From a virus, in IMG/VR virus record IMGVR_UViG_3300006931_000002, positions 51,478 to 115,477 of that record: a stretch of DNA of 64,000 nucleotides; one strand, written 5' to 3'. Of the stretch, positions 19,162 through 28,298 are shown piece after piece. The translations under genes and the position numbers were made by a program. The notes beneath the pieces were generated by a model. That model ran no database searches. It was not told the origin of the DNA and saw only the letters and a program-made list of their open reading frames with translations. How positions within the stretch are numbered: position 1 is the stretch's first letter; each line of letters begins with the position of its first letter.

Positions 19162-19432
19162 CCCGGTTGTCATGCCCTTCATCCGCCTGGTCCCGCTCCC
19201 GGACCGGGTGTGGACCGACGAGGACAGGGATCAGGCTCTACGCGCCCTAGAGCACGCCCGTCAGGGCTTCGCTAGCGCCGGCTACATGGTCGGCTGGGCG
19301 GCCACTGTGCCGGGCTATGGCCGCTGTGCCCACGCCACCGTGTCCGCACTGGAGTCGGCCCGCTGGGAGTTGGACCGGCTGTTGGACCGGATCGCCACCG
19401 TCGACATGGGGGTCGATCACAGTGACCTCTGA
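19154..19432 (+). CDS. Hypothetical protein
   Basis: Coupled ORF. Confidence 0.6.
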   Translation: MTDPVVMPFIRLVPLPDRVWTDEDRDQALRALEHARQGFASAGYMVGWAATVPGYGRCAHATVSALESARWELDRLLDRIATVDMGVDHSDL

Positions 19433-19492
19433 CCAGCAGGCGGCCTGCCGGAAGGCTGCGAAGGGCACTCCGAAGCCGCGGACGGCCGCAGC

Positions 19493-20230
19493 ATGACCGC
19501 GCCGACGACCCAAACCGCCGCGGTCGACATCCGTACAGTCGACGACCCGCCCGGCGTGGACAACCCCTACTGGATGCAGGTCCGCCAGATCCCGACCGAT
19601 CCGATCCTCAGCCGGGTGTTCGCCGACGACCCGTGGTCGCCTGCAAGCTACAACCTTGAGCTGGTCCGGAAGGGTGGCCCTGGTTTCGACTCGCGGGACA
19701 CGCTGGTTCACCGCTTTTCGTGGGCGATCCCCGACCCGCTGTCAGTCCAGTTCGTCGCGGCCTACACGGTCGGGTTCGACGGGCTTGTGGAGATCGGCGC
19801 CGGCACCGGCTACTGGGCATGGCAGTTGACCCAGCGCGGTATCGACGTGGCCGCGTTCGACGAAGCCCCGCCGGACGTCGCCGAGAACGTGTACTGCCAG
19901 GACGACAAGCTCCCCGCCGACCAGCGGCTTCGGCCCACCTTCCACCCGGTGGTCGAAGGCAACACCCGGGCGGCCATGGACTATCCGGATCGGGTTCTGT
20001 TCCTCTGCTGGCCGCCCTACGGCTCGCCGATGGCCGCCGCAGCGCTCGACTTCTACACCGGCAACCGGCTGATTTACCTCGGTGAGGGTGACGGCGGCTG
20101 CTGTGCGGACGACAACTTCTTCGCCGCGCTCGGCAAGGGCTGGGTTGAGGTCGCCGAGCATCGGCCGGTCAACTGGTCCGGAATTCACGATTGGATCACG
20201 GTGTACGACCGGAAGGCCGATGTCGCATGA
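19493..20230 (+). CDS. Class I SAM-dependent methyltransferase
   Basis: LVEIGAGTGYWA motif I, AFD, LFLCWPPY. Confidence 0.85.
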   Translation: MTAPTTQTAAVDIRTVDDPPGVDNPYWMQVRQIPTDPILSRVFADDPWSPASYNLELVRKGGPGFDSRDTLVHRFSWAIPDPLSVQFVAAYTVGFDGLVEIGAGTGYWAWQLTQRGIDVAAFDEAPPDVAENVYCQDDKLPADQRLRPTFHPVVEGNTRAAMDYPDRVLFLCWPPYGSPMAAAALDFYTGNRLIYLGEGDGGCCADDNFFAALGKGWVEVAEHRPVNWSGIHDWITVYDRKADVA

Positions 20231-20698
20231 CCGCCCCGACCGTGGACCGGGAGACCGGGGAGATCCGCCACAACACCCGGCCCCGGCTCGGGGAATGCCG
20301 CCAGGGCTGGATCTGGGACGGCACCGGGCTGGCGCAAGCACCGCCGGGAACTGCCAAGCCCGATCGAGGTACAGGCCAAGTTCGACCTGCTCGACGACAT
20401 GGTCAAGGAGCAGAGCGAGGAATGGTCCCGCCTCGCAAAGGCCGCCACACAGGCGCGGGTTGCCTACGAACGGGCAAAGGCGGAGGCGTTCCTACGCGCC
20501 GAAGGCCCGATGGACGTCCGCAAGAAGATCGCCGACCTGGAAACGGCCGATCTTCTACTCGCCGCCGAGACAGCCAACATCATCGCCGACACGGCGAAGA
20601 ACGAGATGTGGCGCCTCAAGACCATGCAGGAGTCCAACCGGTCGACCAACGCGACCGTCAACCAGGAAATGCGTCTAGCTGGTCAGGGGCAGACCTGA
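20227..20698 (+). CDS. Coiled-coil protein with apparent +1 frameshift at GGG 20326-20328
   Basis: MTAPTVDRETGEI..WDGTG joins WRKHRRELPSPIEVQAK..; coupled at both ends only if joined. Confidence 0.65.
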
Positions 20699-20892
20699 TG
20701 ACCGCCGACGTGATCGCTTGCCAGCACTGCGACTGGACCGTGCCCTACGGCCTGCTGGTCGCGGCCGAGACCGAGGCCCGCGCGGTCTGGCACGTCTTTG
20801 AGACCCATCCCGACGTGTGGCAGGTGCTGCACTCGGCCGGACTTGTTGGCCCGTCACCGAAGGACCCGCGCCCGAAAGGAGCTGCCCTGTGA
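20698..20892 (+). CDS. Small C2H2-like protein
   Basis: CQHC..WHVFETH; coupled. Confidence 0.65.
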   Translation: MTADVIACQHCDWTVPYGLLVAAETEARAVWHVFETHPDVWQVLHSAGLVGPSPKDPRPKGAAL

Positions 20893-21521
20893 CCGCCCTC
20901 GACGACCGGATCACCAGGGCCGAACTGGTCCCGGCCTATGACACGACGCTTGCCGGCGCTGTCCGGGCTGCCGATGTCCTCGTCCCCGCGTTGCAGGCCG
21001 CGATCGACGACGGCCGGTTTCCCGACGTGGAAACCGCCGCCGACGTCCTGCTGGAGATCGACGACCTAGTGAAGGCGCTCCGGGCCGCCCGCGGGATGCT
21101 GGCCCGCTACACGGCCAAGGTCCTGCCGTGGAAGCGGAAGAAGCTCCGGTTCGAGGCGCTGAACTTCGAGGCGGAGCGGACAGCCAAGGGCGAGTGGAAG
21201 TACATCCCGCCAGCGGCCTGGCGTGCAATCGCAGCGCAGGTCTGCACCGTGGTCGACCCGACGTCGGGGGAGATCCTGACAGTGCCGCAGCGGCACGCCG
21301 AACTGATCCTTCTCGAAGCCGCCAAGTTTCTCGGCAAGAATCCCAACTTTGTCATCACCCCGTTCAAGGACCGTGGCATGCCACTGGACGGGATCGCGGA
21401 GTGGATTCCAGCGGAGGACGCGGAACCCGGCGTGGCCGTCCGACGTCTGAGCGAGACCAACCCTGCGGTCGGGTTCGCGGCCCGCATCCACGAGACCGCT
21501 GGAACGGTGGCCGATGTCTGA
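20889..21521 (+). CDS. Hypothetical protein
   Basis: AAGGAG RBS, coupled. Confidence 0.75.
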   Translation: MTALDDRITRAELVPAYDTTLAGAVRAADVLVPALQAAIDDGRFPDVETAADVLLEIDDLVKALRAARGMLARYTAKVLPWKRKKLRFEALNFEAERTAKGEWKYIPPAAWRAIAAQVCTVVDPTSGEILTVPQRHAELILLEAAKFLGKNPNFVITPFKDRGMPLDGIAEWIPAEDAEPGVAVRRLSETNPAVGFAARIHETAGTVADV

Positions 21522-21627
21522 TCTTCTTCCGTTCGCTGTCCGCGTTGCCGAGATCATGGCCGTCGCTGGTCTGATCGGCATGGCCATCGGCTGGACGCAT
21601 GCAACCCGGACAGGTGGTGCCCGATGA
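21514..21627 (+). CDS. Small membrane protein
   Basis: 37 aa, hydrophobic, overlaps both neighbours. Confidence 0.5.
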   Translation: MSDLLPFAVRVAEIMAVAGLIGMAIGWTHATRTGGAR

Positions 21628-21920
21628 GCCACGACACCGTTCTTTGGGCGCTCCATTACACCGGGCTGGTGATCAACGTTGCCGTCCTCTGCCGCGAGGT
21701 CACAGCCAGCGGGCCGCGCGTCCTCAAGATTCGCCGATACGCGCCGCTCGACGGTGCTTCCTCGCTGGCATGCACGTTGACGGCAATGGCCCTCGGCGCC
21801 CACATCCTCGCCGGGATCTGGGCGTTCCGCGCGGCACACGCCGGGTGGCGTTGGTGGAACAATCGGCCACCTCGCCCGCCTCGCCGCCGGACTGTTCTCG
21901 CCACGGCAGGTGCCCGATGA
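21624..21920 (+). CDS. Membrane protein
   Basis: Two hydrophobic segments; ATGA couplings. Confidence 0.6.
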   Translation: MSHDTVLWALHYTGLVINVAVLCREVTASGPRVLKIRRYAPLDGASSLACTLTAMALGAHILAGIWAFRAAHAGWRWWNNRPPRPPRRRTVLATAGAR

Positions 21921-22429
21921 ACACCCCAGACACCCCCCTCGACCTCGACTGGGTGCAGGGACTTTTCGACGGCATCGGCGACGACGAGTTCCGCGCCCAG
22001 TTCGCCGAGTGGGCGAACTTCGCCGTCCCGCTCTACGACGCCGACATGAAGGCCAACCCGCCGACCGACGCCGAACGGCAGGTCTGGTCCGAAACCGTGC
22101 TGGCCCTGCGGCATCTGCCAAACGGCTGGCGGGAACTGCTCGGCTTCGGCGACGCCATCCAATATCCGGCGAAGAACCACCGGTCGCAGGTTCGCGCGGC
22201 CCGCGTCGCGGAGACCTACGGCCGCGGACTCGCACTGCTCGCCCGGAACCCGGGCGGGGTGACCCTCTTCGGCGCCCACTTCTGCAAAGCACCCCATGAC
22301 GACTGCCCCTACGACTGGACACCCCGTGCACCGGTCGATGTGGCCGCGGCGATGGCCGAGGTCCGCCGTCTACTCGACGCCTACGCGGCCACGTTGGACG
22401 ACGCCGAACCACTGGCGGACGTGGCATGA
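21917..22429 (+). CDS. Hypothetical protein
   Basis: Coupled ORF. Confidence 0.7.
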   Translation: MNTPDTPLDLDWVQGLFDGIGDDEFRAQFAEWANFAVPLYDADMKANPPTDAERQVWSETVLALRHLPNGWRELLGFGDAIQYPAKNHRSQVRAARVAETYGRGLALLARNPGGVTLFGAHFCKAPHDDCPYDWTPRAPVDVAAAMAEVRRLLDAYAATLDDAEPLADVA

Positions 22430-23199
22430 ACACCATTGACGCCCATGTTGCCCACGGCTACACCATGACCGACATCGCCCGCCTTGCCCGGGTCGGTGTC
22501 GCCAAAGCACGGACCAGCGGTGGCACATCCAAAGACCGCTACCAGGCCGCCTGGGATGCGGTGGTGCTCGCGCTCGCCGAAGCAGACAAGCCACCCACCG
22601 GAGGCGCCCTCACTGTCGCCGCAGCCGGCGCGGTCGAGGACGCCTGGCATGACCACCGCCACCACCACGGCATCACCAACGCAGGCAGGTCCGCGTCGAA
22701 GCATGCCGTCTACTGGCTGGACCTGTGTGCGCCAACACCATCACCCGAACCGCGGGCGGTCGAACATCTGGCGCTGACCCAGATCTGGGGCCAGCTAAAC
22801 GACAACGACCGACAGGCCCTGACCGCGCTGGCAACGATGGGCACCTACCAGGCCGCCGCCGACGCCCTCGAACTGGACTACCGCAGGTTCGCGAACCGGG
22901 TCCGCGCCGCCCGCCGACGTTTCCTCGACCTGTGGCACGAAGGGGAGACCCCGTCTCGGCTGTGGCGGGTCGACCGGCGAGAGCGGACTGTCAGCCTGTT
23001 CGGCGAGGACAACCCGAACCGGTACTACACGATCCGCAAGGGTGTGGCGATCGGCCAGCGGAAGCCGTCGGCTGAACATGGGACATGGAAGCGGTACTGC
23101 GGGGGGTGCAAGTGCGAGCCCTGCAAGGCTGCGGCACAGGTCTACAACAAGGCCCAGTACGACCGTCGTAAGGCGGCCCGTCTGGAGGGTGCGTCGTGA
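22426..23199 (+). CDS. Sigma-factor-like protein with region-4 HTH and C-terminal HGT zinc motif
   Basis: LNDNDRQAL..TYQAAADALEL..RVRAARRRF; HGTWKRYCGGCKCEPC. Confidence 0.7.
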   Translation: MNTIDAHVAHGYTMTDIARLARVGVAKARTSGGTSKDRYQAAWDAVVLALAEADKPPTGGALTVAAAGAVEDAWHDHRHHHGITNAGRSASKHAVYWLDLCAPTPSPEPRAVEHLALTQIWGQLNDNDRQALTALATMGTYQAAADALELDYRRFANRVRAARRRFLDLWHEGETPSRLWRVDRRERTVSLFGEDNPNRYYTIRKGVAIGQRKPSAEHGTWKRYCGGCKCEPCKAAAQVYNKAQYDRRKAARLEGAS

Positions 23200-23609
23200 C
23201 CGTCTTCGCCTCCCCAGCGCCGACCGCAGAGCAGATCCCATACCTGTGGGCGTTGGGCACCGACCCGGCACCAACTGGGATGGCATCCGGTCCACGCTGG
23301 CAGCAGATGACGTCCACCGAGAAGGCGCTGTACGCCATGTCCGAGGCCGAATGGCAGGAACAGGTTATTGCGCTCGCGGAGCATTTCGGCTGGTGGTGGT
23401 GGCGAGACAACATGTCGACCCGCAACCGCCGCGGCATGACCGACCTGATCCTGTTCCGTGACCGCATCATCTGGGCCGAACTGAAGAAGGAGACCGGGAA
23501 GTCCCGCCCAGGTCAGCCCGAATTCGCGGCCCGGGTGATCCGCGCTGGAGGCAAGCACTACATCTGGCGTCCCCGCCACAAAGCCGAGGTGTTGGAGGTG
23601 TTGAGGTGA
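23196..23609 (+). CDS. VRR-NUC (PD-(D/E)xK) nuclease
   Basis: MSEAEWQEQVI..GMTDLIL..AELKKETGK..Q..YIWRP. Confidence 0.85.
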   Translation: MTVFASPAPTAEQIPYLWALGTDPAPTGMASGPRWQQMTSTEKALYAMSEAEWQEQVIALAEHFGWWWWRDNMSTRNRRGMTDLILFRDRIIWAELKKETGKSRPGQPEFAARVIRAGGKHYIWRPRHKAEVLEVLR

Positions 23610-23926
23610 CATCTCGGTCCCGCGCACGGTTCTACGTGGACCATGAAGGCCATGACGTCTCGATTGGGCCACGGAGCGCATGCTGTTTGACCTGCAAACG
23701 TGGCTACCTAGAAGCCGACCGAGTGATCATCCAGCGGGCGACGGATGGCGGGGTGAAGGCAGAAGACCTGCTGCCGGCGGAACGGATGGCCGTAGTGCGG
23801 GCGCTGACCGCGAAAGGTATACCTGCACGGCAGGTAGCCGACCGGCTTGGCATGTCGAAACGCCACGTCGAACGAGACCTTGCTCGACTCCGAGAGTTGG
23901 GATCCGGATGGCAGGTGGCGTCATGA
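23606..23926 (+). CDS. Zinc-motif plus HTH protein
   Basis: HEGH..CLTC; ARQVADRLGMSKRHVERD. Confidence 0.75.
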   Translation: MTSRSRARFYVDHEGHDVSIGPRSACCLTCKRGYLEADRVIIQRATDGGVKAEDLLPAERMAVVRALTAKGIPARQVADRLGMSKRHVERDLARLRELGSGWQVAS

Positions 23927-24177
23927 CGAGCCGTCCCGGCGACTATGCCCGCAAGCACGCCGGCCACGTGGTCACGGTCCGCGTCGACGGTGAGCGGTTC
24001 TGCCGAACCTGCGCCGACAGCCGGGTGGCCGAACGGCGAAACGCTGTGCGTGTCCTGACGCTGCTGGGCTGTTCGGCGAAGCAGATCGCCATCCGGTTGG
24101 GGATCTCGTCGCGGACAGTGGTCCGCGACCGGAACCGGCTGCGGGAACTTGCCTCGGAACGGAGGGCGACGGCATGA
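23923..24177 (+). CDS. Zinc-motif plus HTH protein (paralog of previous)
   Basis: HAGH..CRTC; AKQIAIRLGISSRTVVRD. Confidence 0.75.
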   Translation: MTSRPGDYARKHAGHVVTVRVDGERFCRTCADSRVAERRNAVRVLTLLGCSAKQIAIRLGISSRTVVRDRNRLRELASERRATA

Positions 24178-24611
24178 CGACCCTTCTCGAAGCGCTGCTC
24201 GACAACCTGCCGGACCTTGAAGGCAAGGGCACCTGTCGGAATTACATGGAGGTGTTCGACCACGCCGCCGAAGGTCATCCGGGCGCGATCGACCAGGCGA
24301 AGGCGATCTGTGCCCGCTGCCCGGTGCTCGCCCGCTGCCAGGCAGATCTGACCGCGGTCGGAGGGTGGGGGGTCGTCGCAGGCCTGACCGCAGACGAGCG
24401 GGACCGGCAGATCCGTAGCGGTAGGCAGTACATCCGGCCCCTGCCGGCCGTCACCGTGGCGAGGACAGGTCCGGCGTCGAAACGCTGCCCGGCCTGTGAG
24501 CGCATCGTGCTGTGGACCAAAGGGCGGAGGGCTGCCGGCCCGTGGTGGTGTTCGGACCGCTGTCGCCGTGTTGGCCGCCGGATCGTTGAGGCCGAGGATG
24601 ATGCGGCGTGA
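24174..24611 (+). CDS. whiB: WhiB-family transcription factor with C-terminal zinc-binding extension
   Basis: C..AKAICARCPVLARC..GVVAGLTADER; CPAC..WCSDRC. Confidence 0.85.
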   Translation: MTTLLEALLDNLPDLEGKGTCRNYMEVFDHAAEGHPGAIDQAKAICARCPVLARCQADLTAVGGWGVVAGLTADERDRQIRSGRQYIRPLPAVTVARTGPASKRCPACERIVLWTKGRRAAGPWWCSDRCRRVGRRIVEAEDDAA

Positions 24612-24682
24612 ACGGCGACGGCGAGTCTGACACGCGCATTGTCGACGGCGATTCTGGGGTGAATTCCAGTAGAATGGAAGAC

Positions 24683-25609
24683 GTGATGACCGGGGGGTTG
24701 GAAGTGCCGCGGCCCATTTCGGATGCCATGGTGCAATCCGCAATTGACGCAGCCGAACAAGCCGGTGGTTTCGCTCGCGAGGATAGCCGCGCCGACCGTG
24801 AGCGGCTGTTCCGTGCCGCCCTCGGAGCAGCTTTCGCACCTTTGCTCGCCCGCGCCGTCAGTGCTGAAGCCGAGGTGACTCGTCTCCGCGGGCTGGATGC
24901 TGCACAGCAGCAGTCCCGGGCGGTCGCCGCGGAGGGCATGGTTGCCGAGCTGACCGCACGTGTCGCCGAACTGGAGGCAGAGCGCGCCGACATGGAGGCT
25001 GCATTCCACGACGCGATGGGCTACCGGCCAACCGGTGAGGGTGCCGTCCTCGTGCTGGCGCTGATCACCCGGCTTCAGGAAGCGTGGCGGCAGGGCGACG
25101 AACGGGCGGACCGCCGGTTGACGTTGTGGGGTCAGGTGGCCCGGGTTCGGGCGCTGCATGCCAGTAGCCACTACTGCACATCGAAGCCGACGCGCGCCTG
25201 GACGACCTGGTACGGCCCGACGCAGAAGTGTCCGACCTTGCGTGCCCTCGACGACGTCGAAGTTACAAGTAACTCGCCGGATCGCTTGCAGGTGCAGGTA
25301 GAAGCCGCAAGCGGCGTTGGAAGTAGGGCTGCAAGTAGCCCGCTGGACCCAGACTTGACCCATCCCGCCTGGGATGAGGCGTGCCGCATCGGGGCCGCGT
25401 TCCATGGCGAGACCGACCACGAATGCTGGCCGCCCGCGCCGAGTCCGCGTGTGCGCCACTGGGTCTGCCCGGACTGCACGGCGAAGTGGGAGCCGGCGAC
25501 GGTTGGTACCGGTTCGCAGGTGTTCGGCGAAGGCTGGGAACGGGTCGACACCGGAGAACAGGTGATGTTGGAGACGTGGCGGCCCGACGGACCGGGTGAG
25601 GCGTCATGA
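24683..25609 (+). CDS. Hypothetical coiled-coil protein (probably leaderless; could start 24608)
   Basis: TAGAAT 24670-24675 lies 7 nt before an in-frame GTG; ARVRALH..CPTLRALD motif. Confidence 0.7.
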   Translation: MMTGGLEVPRPISDAMVQSAIDAAEQAGGFAREDSRADRERLFRAALGAAFAPLLARAVSAEAEVTRLRGLDAAQQQSRAVAAEGMVAELTARVAELEAERADMEAAFHDAMGYRPTGEGAVLVLALITRLQEAWRQGDERADRRLTLWGQVARVRALHASSHYCTSKPTRAWTTWYGPTQKCPTLRALDDVEVTSNSPDRLQVQVEAASGVGSRAASSPLDPDLTHPAWDEACRIGAAFHGETDHECWPPAPSPRVRHWVCPDCTAKWEPATVGTGSQVFGEGWERVDTGEQVMLETWRPDGPGEAS

Positions 25610-25866
25610 TCCGCTTTCGCTGTGTCTGTGGCCACGGCCGTTCACACGAGCACTACCGAAGGGGCTCGGACTGCGGCCTGTGCGGTTGCGACCGGTGGCG
25701 TTGGCGATGGTTCCACCCGCGGACTTGGCGCCAACGGCGGCGGCAGACCCGGGCGCTCGCCGACCTGGTCCAGCTAACCGAAGAACTCGACCTGTACCAC
25801 GTCTACCCGTCTGAGGCTCGGGCCGCTGCCCGGGAGGCCCGGAAAGGGGGAGAGGTCGATGGCTGA
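25606..25866 (+). CDS. Cys/His-rich protein
   Basis: CVCGHGRSHEH..CGLCGC. Confidence 0.65.
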   Translation: MIRFRCVCGHGRSHEHYRRGSDCGLCGCDRWRWRWFHPRTWRQRRRQTRALADLVQLTEELDLYHVYPSEARAAAREARKGGEVDG

Positions 25867-26146
25867 CAATCTGTGTTTCATCTGCCATCTGCCGGTGAAC
25901 TGGTTCGGCGACGACGACAACGGCGAATGGCTCCACGCCGACCGTTCGGCGTTGTGCATTGTCGTCCGCCGCACCCCTTGGTCGACGCGGTTGCTGTGGA
26001 ACGTGTGGCGCCGGCCAGTCCCTCACCTGTTCAAGCGGTGGACGGTCGACACCTGGAGCGGCCCGGTGAACGGGTTTTGGCTTCGTCGGAGCGCCGATCG
26101 GTATCGGGCTGAGGCGATGCAAGACGACGCTGTGCAGGTGTCCTGA
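25859..26146 (+). CDS. Hypothetical protein
   Basis: CFIC..WLH; GGAGAGG RBS. Confidence 0.6.
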   Translation: MADNLCFICHLPVNWFGDDDNGEWLHADRSALCIVVRRTPWSTRLLWNVWRRPVPHLFKRWTVDTWSGPVNGFWLRRSADRYRAEAMQDDAVQVS

Positions 26147-26373
26147 TGCGCTCAGTCCTTGATGACCAGTACCGTGCCGACAGCCCGCCAGTTGACCCCG
26201 GTCAGAGTGCCGCCGGGTCCGTCGATCCAGGTGAAGCCGTGGCCGCGGACGATTTGTTCGCATCGGTCGAGGACGACATCGGGCTGGGCGGGTCGGATCT
26301 GGACGACCAGCTCCCCGTCGATGAGCAGACGCACCCGTCAACCGTCGCACATCCATTCGAGGGAGACCAGTAG

Positions 26374-26946
26374 ATGCGCAAGATCCCAACGCTGTTCGTC
26401 CGCGATGAGGCCGATCGCCGCTACGTCACCGGTGTCGTGTCCCCGGGATGCGAGTGGGTGATCGAGGGTGTCGGGACCGCAACGAGGAAGTACGACGGAA
26501 CCTGCATGATGTTCGATGGCGCCGAGTGGTGGGCGCGACGCGAGGTGAAGCCCGGCAAGCTGCCCCCGGCCGGCTGGGTCGAAGTCGAGCACGACGAGAC
26601 CACTGGGAAGTCGGTCGGCTGGGAACCGGCGGAGCAGTCCCCGTTCGCCAAGCTGTGGCGCGATGCCCTCGACAACGCGGTGTTCGGCCCGGACTCGTTC
26701 GCCGCAGGCACCTACGAACTGTGCGGGCCGAAGGTCAACGGCAACCCGGAAGGTTTCGCCGTCCACCTGCTGATCGCCCATGCCGACGCGCAGGTTCTGG
26801 CCTGCCCTACGAATGCGAACGGTATCCGCGGGTTCGTAGCCGAGGCTCACAAGAGTGATCGCTACGAGGGCATCGTCTGGCACTGGGAGCGTGAAGACGG
26901 CACGGTGCTCATGGCCAAACTTAAGGCCCGGGACCTGCGCCCATGA
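26374..26946 (+). CDS. DUF5565-like RNA ligase 1 family protein
   Basis: MRKIPTLFVRD, ATRKYDGTC (KxDG), TYELCGPKVNGNPE, EGIVWH, MAKLK. Confidence 0.8.
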   Translation: MRKIPTLFVRDEADRRYVTGVVSPGCEWVIEGVGTATRKYDGTCMMFDGAEWWARREVKPGKLPPAGWVEVEHDETTGKSVGWEPAEQSPFAKLWRDALDNAVFGPDSFAAGTYELCGPKVNGNPEGFAVHLLIAHADAQVLACPTNANGIRGFVAEAHKSDRYEGIVWHWEREDGTVLMAKLKARDLRP

Positions 26947-26983
26947 TCTGCGCCTGGTTTGCCCGGCGAATGGAGTGGCACTG

Positions 26984-27595
26984 ATGGCCACCGAGCACGG
27001 CACGATCGCTGCCTACCGTCGCTGTCCGACGAAATGCGACGACTGCCGGACAGCGATGAACGACTACAACCGGACCCGCCGCCGGCTCGCGATGCAGGGC
27101 AGGCCGACAACGCCGCTGATCGACGCCGGGCCAGTACACGACCACGTCGCCGAACTACGCGCCGCAGGCATGTCGTTCGACCGGATCGCCACGGCAGCGG
27201 GGATGGCCTGCCGAACCCTGTGGCAGATGACCGTGGACCGTCAGGCCCGGGTCAGCCCGAATGTTGCCCGCCGCATCCTCGCCGTGGCCGTCGACGATCC
27301 GATGTTCGTCGACGTCGAACCGATGTGGCGGCTGGTCCACGGCATGGTCGCCCGCGGCTATCCGATGGTGTGGATCGCCCGGCAGATCGGCCAACCTGCG
27401 CGGGCGTCCCTCAAGTTGGGCGAGCGGCAGGTGAAAGCATCTACAGCGACGAAGATCCGCGCGTTGGCTGAACAGTGTGCGCTGACCCCGGGGCCGTCGA
27501 GGCAGGCGGAACGGTATGCGGCCCATCAGGGCTGGAAGGTCGAGTGGCTTTGGGAAGACCTGATCTCCCGGGCCGAAGAGAGGGAAGCGGCATGA
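26984..27595 (+). CDS. HGT zinc motif plus HTH protein
   Basis: EHGTIAAYRRC..CDDC; GMSFDRIATAAG. Confidence 0.75.
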   Translation: MATEHGTIAAYRRCPTKCDDCRTAMNDYNRTRRRLAMQGRPTTPLIDAGPVHDHVAELRAAGMSFDRIATAAGMACRTLWQMTVDRQARVSPNVARRILAVAVDDPMFVDVEPMWRLVHGMVARGYPMVWIARQIGQPARASLKLGERQVKASTATKIRALAEQCALTPGPSRQAERYAAHQGWKVEWLWEDLISRAEEREAA

Positions 27596-27909
27596 CAACG
27601 CTGATCCTCTGGTGTGCCGGCGTCGCCTTGGTCTGTGCCGCCGCGGTCGCTTACCTCTGCCGGGCAAACCACCGGGTCACACGTTCCCGCCAGCGCCTGG
27701 ACGCCGCAATGATCGTCGCCGAAGCGGAGGCGAAAAGGCGGTGGCGCCACCATCTGACCGATGATCCGTTCGCCTTCTCCGACGCGGAGGTGGACGTCAT
27801 CATCGCCCAGGTGTTCGGCATGGACCCGACGCAGATGCGGGCGGAGGCGCGGCGGCAGAACCGCGAGGAGTTCGGCCGGGTTGCCAAGAAAGACGGGGAG
27901 AAGCCGTGA
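27592..27909 (+). CDS. Membrane-anchored protein
   Basis: N-terminal TM helix; coupled. Confidence 0.65.
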   Translation: MTTLILWCAGVALVCAAAVAYLCRANHRVTRSRQRLDAAMIVAEAEAKRRWRHHLTDDPFAFSDAEVDVIIAQVFGMDPTQMRAEARRQNREEFGRVAKKDGEKP

Positions 27910-28298
27910 GCGCCCGCATACCAGACTCGACCCTCCGCTCCTGTGACCATCCGGGCTGCGAGGCAACCTTCGACGCGGCAGGCAGGGCCGAACCGGGCTG
28001 GGTCCAGGTCCCGTCCCGCAACGACCACTACTGTCCAAAGCACCACGACTCGCCGGTACCCGCAGCAACACGCCGGCTGATCGACCGTCACGGTGCCGAC
28101 TGGAGGACCGACCTTGGCGGCCTTCATCCGGATCTGCTGTGGGACTACGAGGACGTCCGTGACTTCCTGATCGCCTGCCCAACGCCGTCGTTGCTTTGGC
28201 AGCGGGCACTGTTGGAAGCCTTGCGGGTGATGAACGATGAGATCTCTGATCAGGTGGTCTTCGACTTCCTCGATGGCGGCGACGAGGAGCCGCTATGA
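27906..28298 (+). CDS. Hypothetical zinc-binding protein
   Basis: CDHPGC..GW..HYCPKH. Confidence 0.7.
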   Translation: MSARIPDSTLRSCDHPGCEATFDAAGRAEPGWVQVPSRNDHYCPKHHDSPVPAATRRLIDRHGADWRTDLGGLHPDLLWDYEDVRDFLIACPTPSLLWQRALLEALRVMNDEISDQVVFDFLDGGDEEPL

